Origin: Trichoplax sp. H2
Taxonomy: Eukaryota
DNA length: 64,000 bases
Direction of reading: 5' to 3'
Assembly (NCBI GenBank): GCA_003344405.1
Contig: NOWV01000015.1
Span: 806,001-870,000 of the forward strand
The notes beneath the pieces are model-generated. The model made no database searches and was not told the DNA's origin. It worked only from the letters and a program-made list of their open reading frames with translations. A program made the translations under genes and the position numbers. Positions 50,379 through 62,184 of the stretch are shown piece after piece (the first letter of the stretch is position 1; every line of letters begins with the position of its first letter).

Positions 50379-51902
50379 GACGACTGTTTGGCTTGATGCT
50401 TTGATGATCTCGGTAAGAATAAGTTTAAAATTGAATAATTATCCTTTCACATACGTCGTTTATGAAATGGACAAGCTGAAGGATTCAATTTAATTCATGG
50501 TTACTACCACTTTGTCATTCTTGCTAAATCCAAGCGATCATAACGTAAAATCTACTGCAATCTACTCAAAAATTGAAGAAATAAAAAATAGAGCCAATCA
50601 GTCACAGTTATACTGTTGTAATGTAACTTAGTATTGTGATTGTAGACTGTTAGCCATGTTTAGTATAATATATGGTAGATATTTATCCTAAGAGATATTT
50701 GGTAGCCATAACTATAGACTGTAGTGGTATAAACTCTATGCTAGAGTACAAATGACTATATACAGTAAGGTGTTGAGTTATTAATAAGGTTCTAGGTAAA
50801 AATAGAATCGTAAATCATATATTAGGATATGGTTAATTTATTGTACTTTGGTCGGTGTGAATAATGTCTACATAAATACTGTATTCGTATCCATATCAAA
50901 TTAATGATAGTCCGCAGTAGAATAGTGTTACTAAGAATAATTTAACCATGTGTAAAATAAGGTAAAAGGTTGCCATGCGGATTGTAGCTGCCAATGTTAC
51001 GAAAAGTATAAAAGCATGCAACTTTCGATTATTCTGTTCGTTCGTTGTAGAAGTCTTTAGTAGTAGTATTCGGCTAGAGTAGAACTGTGTGTAGTTAATC
51101 TTTGTATACGATTCAATAAAGCCCTAATTTTTCTAAAATTGGGAATTTCGTGATCGGTATATATCACAACTGTACTAGTATGTACACAGAGAAATAATAG
51201 CAGCAATTCTACAGATATTTTTTAACTACATTATTGAAGTCATGTATAGAATAGAAAAGGGAAGAAAAATGCTATAGTTAGAGTAGGATAATTCATTGGA
51301 AAAAGAACAAGGTCATTAATGTTTGATCTGGTTGAACAATAAAAATCAAAACAAAAACTAGTAATTCTGCTGATTCTCTAATACAAGAAATGAAAGAAAG
51401 GAAATAAAAAGAATAAATATCTTTAATTCTACTGAACTTTACCTACAATTACGACATAACATGGCCTAAATCGAGTTGTTCTATTCAATTTTGTATGACT
51501 GAATAATGATTATCTGACTTGAATAGATTTAGCTATCCAAAACAAAATTGAATTATCAAGGGTATTTTTCCATATAAAGTTTTCAATGTCTTTTGCTTTT
51601 CTTCCCTACTATTTTAACGTAAATCAGGATAAATTAATCATCAACGGCGTTTACTGTATTTGACATTCGACCCAACTATCACAAGACTACAAGAAGCATT
51701 TCAAATAGGATTAATTGTAGCTTATTTCCTCTTCATCAGATAGCAATCGGGTAAGAGAAACGGACAAAAATCATTGTTGAACAGAGAGTACAGTAGTAGT
51801 CAATTTTTCTTTCATTCGCTTTCTCTCTCTCTCGTGGTAAAAGGTTTTTAAACGCTATAACATTGAAACAGGGTGTAACTTATACTTTATTTAGTCGATC
51901 CA

Positions 51903-53810
51903 TTAGGCATGAAATAATGCTAACCGATTGATTGGCTGTGCATAAGATGTCATTGAAATTCTTGGAATTTTACGAGAACAATTTTGTAATTCAATTAGTG
52001 AATAACATTTAGCAATACGAAAGAGATGGCTGTAGTTTAGCGTTGGTCTTCGCCAATAACCAGATTGATACTGTAACGAATTTGATGATAGTTTTATCAT
52101 TTTGATACTATCCTAATGTAGATTAAATAACAGCAAAGGTTATTTTCATTGATCTATCTACTAAAATTTTCGGTTAGTCTAAAATGTATTGATGTTAACC
52201 TATACCCAAAGAATGACATTTGGCAATAGATTTAAATATTTTTTTCAATGAAAATAAATTACTTTAGATGGACAACAACTTTTGCTAACGATACTTTATG
52301 TTGACGATATTGGGTGTTAATTTAGTTGGGGTGATTCAATTGGGAAAGGTATGATGATCGATACCATAAAATACAAAAAAAGAAAGATGCCCTGTCGGTC
52401 GATTAGCATTGATATAAGGCCTATCGTATTTGCCAACATGGTTAGAACTCCAAACAAAATTACATCAAAACGGCCAACATCAAAGAAAAAGTGCTGAGCC
52501 TTTAACAACTACCGATTGTTCATGGCCACTTCGTCACGTAGACTGATAGTATAGCGGTTTTCAAGTTCTTTATGGGATTTTAATGACTGTTGAGGCTATC
52601 GATTTCCACGATGAAAATCACAATTAGAATGTTTCAAAATAGAAACGGGAGACATTTATCGATCGAAAAATTCAATGATAAATGATGGTGATAAAGTCGA
52701 TATTAATAAAGTTATAAAATGACTACCGTTATTCTAGCAAGATTTTTTTAGGTAGACAATATGACTAGTTTTGCTGACTGAGATTGTTACAGTCTTTAAA
52801 GTAAAATAATTCTATATCGCTATCCCATTAAGGCTATGGTAGCGGAAACAGAATAGGCTATAAGTATGACATCGATTAACGTATATCAGGGATAGCGTAG
52901 GATAGTTGACTGCCTATCGATGTTGTCAAGTGAATAAGAACTCATTTTATCGTTAGGAAAACTTTGGCCAGAGACTTTAAGAGAAAAGGTTATTTAACGG
53001 TTATCTATCGCTATGATAGAACGCAAAAGGATAGTACTTAAAGTATTTTTCTTACTTACATGTAATATTGAATATTGTATAAAATGTTCAAGCAGAAAAA
53101 TTGAAGAATTCAAGACAAGCGAGATGGGGCAAAACGGACGACCGGTAAACCCTTGGCGTACGACTATCTTTTCCACTGTTAATTTTTCTTTGAAGTCTTT
53201 TTTTCTCCTTTTCTTCCTTTCTTTAATACGCTAGAGTAGCCTAACGCAAGTGATTGAAAAGTATTTAGTCGTTATACTACCATTAATTATATATTAGTGT
53301 TGGCTAACAGTAGGTGAAGAAGACAATCAAAGTTATTACGATAACAAGGGCGTTCAGATTAAAAGAAAAGAATACAGTTATTTTTTTCCTGCTCTTTTTT
53401 AACTCAGTAAAATAACATTAGGGTAATATCCTTATTATAATGTTAATGCATAAAACTAACAAAGGTATTATCCATTTTTCTACTCTTCTAATTGTATTGT
53501 TGTATCCAATTTTATTTGCATAAATAATGCCAAGCAAAGCGATCCAAATGAATAGATGATTATTGACAACTTTTTTACTAGCACAGTGGACAGATGACTC
53601 ACAACTTGGTCAATAAACTGCAGTTGTTCTTATTAATATCAATTGCTGGCATTAAAGCCTATCAAGGTATAATTCATCGCTAACGTCAATAAAAACCATA
53701 TGCCACAGACAATGATGTTCTAGCAGTAATTTATACCACTACAAGTCCATCATGATCTCAGCGTGCTTTCTTGGAGCTCTTTGATGATATCAAGAATATT
53801 TTCTCACCCC
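51903..53810 (-). pseudogene. Possible decayed multi-pass membrane protein gene (tentative)
   Basis: Protein-like hydrophobic stretches with in-frame stops (ILDIIKELQESTLRS*..NIIVCGIWFLLTLAMNYTLIG; LFIWIALLGIIYANKIG; NNR*LLKAQHFFFDVGRFDVILFGVLTMLANTIGLISMLI) and some plausible splice sites. Confidence 0.2.
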
Positions 53811-53869
53811 GTCGACGAAAATAATATTCAAAATGGTTGATTGCTACTGTTAACCCATTTCATCCCAGA

Positions 53870-56130
53870 TGATAGAACCCATTCTACACCTTGGCCTCGC
53901 TAAACTACCTTACGAAATAATGAGTATATTCTTTCTTCAATCACTTCCTTACCAATCCATGATCCATAAACCGTTATCGAGTTCATTTACGGAAATGAAA
54001 TTGCGCTTTCCCTACATTGGAATTTACACGTAGAACTATCAATTCCGTCATTAGACGTGTACGGAAATGATCACTATACAGTATAATTAATGCTTCTTTA
54101 TCGACCATGTCCTTGTCAATCTAGGATCATCATACTAGATCACTAATGCTTCTTTTAATAATTCATTAGACTGTTGGCGAGTTTATTTACAGAAATGAAA
54201 TTACTTCCTTCCTACGTTGTATTTTATGCGTATGTAGAACTGTAAATTTCATCTCTGAATGTGTCAGAAAATCCTACTGTATCATTTATGCTCCTTGTTC
54301 AACCCCTGCCTTACCAATAAATAATCCAAAAGTAGTTATCGAGCCTATTTACGGAAAGAGAATTTCTTTCTTACTACACATTAGAACGATAACTTATACT
54401 ACTAGATGTGTATAGAAATAATCATGATAGAATCCACCATACTCCTTCATCCATCTCTTCTTTGCCAGTAAACAATCCATAAGACTGTTATGAAATTGAC
54501 TTCTTCCTCTATTACAAGGCGTCATACTTTAGTTTATGATTATAAATTCTATCCGTATATGTATAATTTATATGCCCCTTCTTCAATCGCTTATTAGCCA
54601 ATACATAATATAGAAGACCGTTATCAAGTATGGAAATGAAATTGGTTTTCTGCCATGTTGTAGTTTATGTAGATTATAGCGTATGGATAGAAATGGTGAT
54701 CATCAAACTCACGCTCTCTTTTTAATTACATCCTTGTCAATGAGCGTATAGGATCCATAACGCTGCTATCGAGTCCATTGATGAATACGAAATGGCTTCT
54801 TTTAGAACCTAAAGCTTATTCCCACCCCGCTGAGCTAGAGGAACAGATTATATATAACAATCATTTCTATCACAATACGACATACGTATTCGCATGTCTG
54901 GAAATGATGATCATCACGCGCTGTCTTCCATAAATTCTTTACCAATAACTAATCGATAACACTACTATAAAGTGGCTTTATGGCAATCAAGTTGCTTTCT
55001 TCTAATCCGCTAATCCAATCGATTACTTTATAAACCACTTTACCACTTTGTGCACGTGAAAATAATAATTAACATACAACACTCTTTCTTTCAAAGCACT
55101 TTCTTGGCAATAAACTTATCAATGCTATCGAGTTTATTTACAGCTGTGAAATTGCTTCTTTCTCTTCAATTAATCCAATGACATTGTAAGCTACTATAGC
55201 ACGATACTCTTTCTTCCAAGCTACTATCCTAGCAATAAATGGCCAACGACTTGCTATCGTATTCATTGACGGCAATAAAACTGCCTCTTTCTGTCCTGTG
55301 ATCCAATAGATTATAAACTATTCTACCACTTTATGTGAATGAAAAGAATGAACAAGTAACACTTTCTTTCAAGCAACTATCCTGATAAAAAAAAGTTACC
55401 AGCAACATTGCTATCGAGTTTATTGACGACAGTGAAATTGCTTCTTTCTATCCTCTTGATAGATTATAAACTAATCTACCACTCTATGTACGTATGAAAA
55501 GTAAGAACAAACAAACTCTTTCTTTCAAGCTACTATCCTGGCAATAAATTGCCAATAACCCTGCTATCAAGTTCATTAACGACATTAAAAATTGCTTCTT
55601 ACTATTCTGTTGATCCGATAGACTATAAACTACTATATCTTGAATGCTTATGAAAATAATAACCACCCTTTCTCCCAAATCGCTAATCATGGCAATAAAT
55701 TATCAACAACCCTGGAATCAAGTCCGTGTACAGAATTAAAAATGGCCCACTTCATTTTCGTTGATCCAACTGACGACTCTAGATACCATCTAATGAGTGT
55801 GTAGTGTAGGCGAAGAGAAATGACAGAGGAACAGACTAAATACCTTATTCCTTCCTCAATTGATTCAGTCTATTACCTTACAAGTAGCTACTCGCATAAC
55901 ATGAAAATAATCATCACTAAAAACGTATTGAACTTACAACGTATACGGAAATTCAGCAGGCAATTGCTGTTTAATGGATCCAATGAATCCTTTCCACACA
56001 ATTTTAGCTACCACACGCAATCGATCTTCGCACAATGCTTTTCCCCTAACTAAATCTTGACAATAAAATGTCAATAATACGATCATAGAGTTCATAGGCC
56101 GGAATAAAAAATTGGCCTAGGACGACGATA
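53870..56130. repeat. Degenerate tandem array A, roughly 13 units of ~130-190 bp
   Basis: Recurrent core cctt(g/a)(c/t)caataa...t(g/t)(c/t)tatcgagtt(c/t)att(t/g)acgg.aatgaaattgcttcttt near 53950, 54170, 54310, 54460, 54595, 54735, 54940, 55105, 55230, 55380, 55540, 55690, 56060. Confidence 0.85.
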
Positions 56131-56259
56131 ACTTCTGCTTTAGTTGATATAATTGAACGTACTTCTTGTTTTAACACTTAAAATTTATCCACTGTCAAGT
56201 GTAATAATAAGCTGGCCTCAATGTAAAAATATCATTGGACAACATAATATAAATATACT

Positions 56260-59200
56260 CATCCTACATGACAATGACTTAATTGGATTCTACTTTATTT
56301 TTCTTCTATACTCAAGTTCAATATTAGGATTAAGATTCACAATATAACTTATTCTTAATCATGAGTTCTTTCAGTCGTGAATGATAATAAACACCTCATT
56401 GATCAAATTTTAAATAGGTCGAAAAATGATATCATGAATGGTACATTAATTTCCAACAGCTTATGATGTCGTTGGAATGGAATCAATTTCATCGCTACTC
56501 GGGTTCAATATTAGGATTGAAACTCCTAAGATAAATCTTTTGCCAATCAACCAAATTGGTCAACGATAAAATCATGAGGATAAACAATTGATTGACTCAC
56601 TGTTGAACAGTGTAGATTATCCTTCATTCACTTGGATAATTTACAATGTTTCAATAGCATTTTTTTTTTCTACGTTAATAATCAAGTTCAATGTTGGATT
56701 TAAAATTCTTCGCGTACGTTAATTTATAATCGGCATAATCTGCCTGGGATAGCTATAAGAATAGAGCTAACAATTCATGAATTTATTGTACCGATATTTC
56801 TATCCTTCTGCGGTATTAATTCGGATCGTTTACAACAATTTCATTTGGCTCTACTCTCCATTTCTTCAAAGTTAACAAGTTTAATCCCTAGAATGTTATT
56901 ATATACCATTATTTATGAACTGGCTACAGTACCGGTATTTAACGGTATATCATTTTCTCATCTACTCCGATATTTTACAAGGATTTTCTCATAGTTGATT
57001 TTGTCCAGTTTTCTTTAATGCTAAAGTGGAATATTAACATCAAGATTTATAGGCCGTAATTTATTAACTCCCTATTTAATGATCTATCTTCCCTCATCTA
57101 CTCTGATGGTTTACAATGATTTAATAGATTCTACCCTCTCTTTCCTCAATGCTAAAATTGAATATTAGGATCAAGGTTCATAGTATTTATCGTCTTGCTA
57201 TTTAATGGTATATCGTCCTCATTAACCGTGATGGTTTACAATGATTTAATTACTTCTACCCTCTTTTTCTCAATGCTAAAATTCAATATTAGTATTAAAA
57301 TTCGTGCAATTCATCAATTTGCTGCTTTGTGGTATAGTCCTTTTTCATCCACTGCAGTGCTTACAATAATTTAATTGTTTTCAACCTTATTTTCTTCAAT
57401 AGTAAAGTTCAACACTAGGGTTAAGATTGATGGGATAATAATATGTTTCTAATCGACATGATTTAGAAAGGACAAGTGATGGGAACTCGTAAACAATTCG
57501 TGAATTTAATGAACGTTTAACCTTATATTTATCCCCTTCCATTCGAATAGTTTATACAGATTTTAATTGGATTCCATTCTATTTTTTATTACTCAAGTTC
57601 AATATTAGGATTGCGAATCATAGCATAATTTATTTCCAAAGGAAGTAATTTGTCAGGAATTACTCATAAGTAAATAATAAACAGTTCATTAACTTACGTT
57701 TAAACAGCCTTCCTTCTGCTTTATTTGCACGCGTTGTTTACAATTTTAAAATGATTTCCATGAAATCCATTTTATTTTCTTCAATATCTCGATACAATAT
57801 CAGAATTAAATGCTTATAGTATCATTTATTTCTAGAATAGGCCAACTTGCCAAGGGAGAACTTATATGAGCATTTACTCGTTTAAGTTACTGCTTAACGG
57901 TATATCTTAATCCTAGATGCACTTGAAGGGTTTATAATGATTCAGTTGGATTTTACTCCATTTTCTTCAATTTGAATATAAGAGTTAAAACCCTTGGTAT
58001 AATTCATTTTGAATTAATGTGGCCCGATAAGGATAAGTCAAATGACCACCTTTGATGCTTTACGAACTCCGTGTTAATAGCCTATTTTACGCCTAGATTT
58101 ATTTGCAGAAAAATGACAATGACTTAAATGGACACTACTCTCTTGGCATTCATATTCTAGTTCTATATTAGGGTTATGATTTATGACCTAATTAATTTTG
58201 CGTGATACAAACTGACATAACTGAATAAGTCATAAAAACATCATTAGTGATTCATTGATTAATAAGACTATTTATTAGTGGCTTATGACTCACTGATTAC
58301 TAAGATCACCCATTAACAGTTTACTACAGATAGTTTAATATTTTAGCTTAGATCTACATGCAGAATTGACAACAATTTAATTTGATTCTACTCTGTTGAC
58401 TTAAATTCCCAAGGACTAATAAGATTCAAGGCCTGATTGAATTTTAATCGATACAAAATGACAAGTCATAATAAGATCATTACCGATTTACTGAATCTGT
58501 GTTTCATTAATGGCTTACTTTAATTTACACGTACTTGTAGTATACGAGTGTGTAACAATAATTTCATCGGGCTCTACTCATTGACTTTAATGTTGAAGTT
58601 CTTTAGTAGGGTTAAGACTTATGATGTAATTGATTTTTAATCGAAACAAGGATATGTCATCCGAATATGCTTGCTAAATATTTTTATCTCATGGCCTATT
58701 TTAACTGAAGATACGCGTACACTCATATTATTTACAACAGTTTATTAATAAGAGCCTACTCTACTGACTTAATTATTCAAGTTCTACCTTGAATGCACTA
58801 GTATTAGGTTTCATGACATGGCTGATTAGCAATAGATATAAACGAACAATGTATAATAGACTTTTTTAGCCTAGATTTACTAGTAGAATTGACAAGGATT
58901 TTAATGGATTCTACTCTATTGACTTTAATATTCAAGTTCTATATTACGGTTAAAATTTATGCCCTAATTGATTTTAATTAACGTAATCCAATAAAAATAA
59001 ATCAGAAGAACATTATCAACAGCTCATTAATTTAATGCCTAGTTATATGTACTATAGCGTATATAAATATTACCGCGAGTAGTTGACAACGATTTTAATT
59101 GGATTCTACTCTATTTCAATTAATGCTAAGTTAAATATTAGCATTAATGCTCATAGCGTTGTTCATTAGCAATCAATATTGTTCTATCAGATTCATTAGA

Positions 59201-59460
59201 AGCCCACTTATTTTTTAACAGCTTAAGTCAAATATTAGGATTATTACGTAGCTCATTATTAATCAATATCATCTGATAACCATAAATCATAGGTATATTC
59301 GCGTACTAAGCATAACACGATCTAATAGTTTCATACTACGCTAAACAAATTTGCATACATTATGGCATTATGCCTAATTGGGTTCTACTATTATTTTCTT
59401 AATACTACAATTTCAATATTAAGATAAAGACTCATAGTGCAATTAATTTCTAATCGGCAC
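56260..59460. repeat. Degenerate tandem array B, roughly 18 units of ~125-250 bp
   Basis: Recurrent core tttacaatgatttaattggattctactct....ttcaat.ctcaagttcaatattaggattaag near 56270, 56460, 56640, 56830, 56975, 57110, 57237, 57360, 57555, 57740, 57935, 58115, 58370, 58555, 58735, 58890, 59085, 59360. Confidence 0.85.
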
Positions 59461-59562
59461 CTTCCGATAAGTTATAAGAACGTTATAAATAATTCAATGA
59501 CGGACTCTTTCATGATACTGTTTGTACTGAACAGTATATTAATGCTTTCCGAACACCATTCT

Positions 59563-60103
59563 TGATGATCGCATAGCCCGTACTATCAAAGGAGTATAAG
59601 AAACTTGCAAACGTGTATTGAAAATAACTGATCATGACCGCAAACCATAAGGATAATTGCATAGCCGTAATGTACTATCAAAAGAGTATAAGAAACCTGT
59701 AAACATGCATTGAAATAACTGATCATGGTCGTAAACCATGATTGGAGACTACATAGTCGCAGTGTACTTTCAAAGGACCACAAGTTAGCCTGCAAACATG
59801 CATTAAAAATAACATAACTGATCATGGCCGTAAACCATAATTGATGATTGCATAGCCACAGTGTACTTTCAAAGGAGCATAAGAAACCTGCAAACATGTA
59901 TTGAAAAATAACATAACTGATCATGACCGTGTACCGTAATTGATGATTGCATAGCCACAGTATACTTTCAAAGGAACATAAGAAACCTGCATACATGTAT
60001 TGAAAATAATGGATCAAGGCCGCAAATTATAACTGACGATCGCATAGCCACAATACACTATCGAAGGAGCATAAAAAATCTGCAAACATGTATTGAAAAT
60101 AAC
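59563..60103. repeat. Younger tandem array C, 6 units of ~88-100 bp
   Basis: gcatagcc.cagtgtactttcaaaggagcataagaaacctgcaaacatgtattgaaaataactgatcatg at ~59571, 59659, 59751, 59850, 59949, 60042. Confidence 0.93.
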
Positions 60104-60231
60104 TACTTTACAAGTAATCAACTACTAAGGTTTTCTTTCTCGTGATTGACTATCGTATGGTACCAGCTAGCTATTCTCTGATTGATCATTTTCCAGGCAA
60201 TCGGTAGGTTAGCTAAAGCATCAAATTGTAA

Positions 60232-60608
60232 TACATAATGGATGAAAGCAAAGGATTTAACTGTTCAGTAGGTGTCAAAACTGTATTACTGTATTTCCTT
60301 CTCATCATTGATTATAAATTAAGTAAAATATTCAATTGCATCATCAGAATTATACAACGACTGAAATTTAATAGGATCTTTTTAATCATTTCTATCAAAA
60401 ATGATATTGTATTGGCTTTGCTATTTCTTGCTTATCATTTACTGTATAGTTAGTAGAACAGCTAAAATATCAGATTGTTCTTACATAATGGACAGAAAGC
60501 GAAGGATTTAACTACTCATTAAGTAACGAAACCGTCATTTCTTTCTCATGGAGTATAAATTAAGCAGAATGTTCAATTACTGTATCAGAATTATACATTA
60601 GCTGAAAT
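60232..60608. repeat. ~130 bp degenerate direct duplication
   Basis: tacataatgga..gaaagc.aaggatttaact...tataaattaag...tcagaattataca..ctgaaat at ~60232 and ~60482. Confidence 0.8.
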
Positions 60609-62184
60609 AATTCGGTAATAGAACAGACTCACAAACTAAGAACGATTCTCAAGATATCATTGAGTTTACTATTAAGGTTAATAAGTATAATAAATCGTGA
60701 TACTTTCATACTATTTATTTATCATAAGATATATTATAGCCCAAGCACTATAATCGATAACATTTTAGCCTTATCTAAAATTTTATACCTCTAATTCTTT
60801 TTATCTATCTTCGAATAGCATCTAAACTGATTAATACTTTACTCGAAAGAGTGAATTTACAACATATGTTAACGCAGTATATCCAAATTAGAGCAATAAA
60901 CACGACAATTTCTTTTAATCTCAATATTTAATTATAAAATGTAATTTTTATTAATCAAGTTAGTGTTATAAGCGATATTAATGTTATAAAGTATTCAAGT
61001 ATTGCCAATTAATACCGTCAGGAATAAAGTAAAGTTAATAAATATTCAATGGAGTACTATTTACTTAAATTTTAAAAGTGGTATAAAAACTATGTAACTA
61101 CAGCAAATTACATTATTTAATCTAGTTTTACGCGTAGATTTAAGCTATAATTGAACAAGATTTTATAAATAGAATAGAAATCAAAGCTTTAGTCTACTAT
61201 AGATTAACCACATAAATCAAGTAGTATCATATAGTTGGTCAGTTTTAGATTCTAGTAACGTATTTAACCCGGTTGATTTGCAGAACAGTAATAGCTGTTC
61301 TAGTTAAGGCTTTTTCATGATTCATTGCACACAATAGCTATACCAAATATTTGAAATAATCAATCTTTCAGAATTTGTTTCATTTCTACCGATTTTAGTT
61401 AAATTACTATTCTAGTTAGAGCTTAAGATAGGCGGTCATTGGGATAAGTAAAATCATACCATACTGTCGGTATGGACCACAATTACTCTAATCCATATCT
61501 GCTTGAACTTTTACAAGTATTTTAATTCGTCTTCATGAAATCATACAGCCTGTGTTAATCATAACTGCTTTTCATTCTATTTATACAATGCATCAAGAAT
61601 AAATTATATAAATATCCTTTCGTCATTTTGATATTAATATGGGAAGCAAATAAAAATGTTATTACTTTACTACTAAGATGGAAATATGAAAATAATGTTT
61701 TTACTTTTATACCCAATAGAAAAGATAATTGTCCAGAATTTTACTAATACGGAGTGTGCATAACTTACTGTTGGAAGGGATTTTTAATGACTAACAAAAT
61801 TGATAGCAATTGCACCTTAATTAATCACGATGATTAACCACGTAAAATATCAGATCAGCATTGTCCTATATGGACATGAAGTTCTACTTGGACACAAGCT
61901 AATTTAAAATAGTGTAACCTTCCTTATTTGTTCTGTAGAACCTCAACAGCGATTGTATCATAATCACTGTTATTAATTAATGCTATTAACTGCATAGGAT
62001 ATCGAATTGGCAATGACCTAGTCCATTTCGTTGTCATTAAACGTAAGTTAATTTAAGATGGTGTAATCTTTCTTGTTCCAATAGTCCATTGATGGAATCT
62101 GCAACGATTGCATGATCATTGCTATCATTAACCGCCTGAGATATCCAATTAGTGTGGCCTATACCCGGATAGACTGGTATTTAG

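Noticed and set aside
56260-59460. Repeated LRR exon-intron cassettes (minus strand NPIKSL-like)
   Set aside because: Stops and indels in every frame I tested and no consistent donor sites
59586-60017. 143-aa repetitive ORF
   Set aside because: Unit lengths vary by non-multiples of three; chance read-through of array C
53870-60103. CRISPR array
   Set aside because: Eukaryotic context, degenerate long units, linkers homologous to each other, no cas genes
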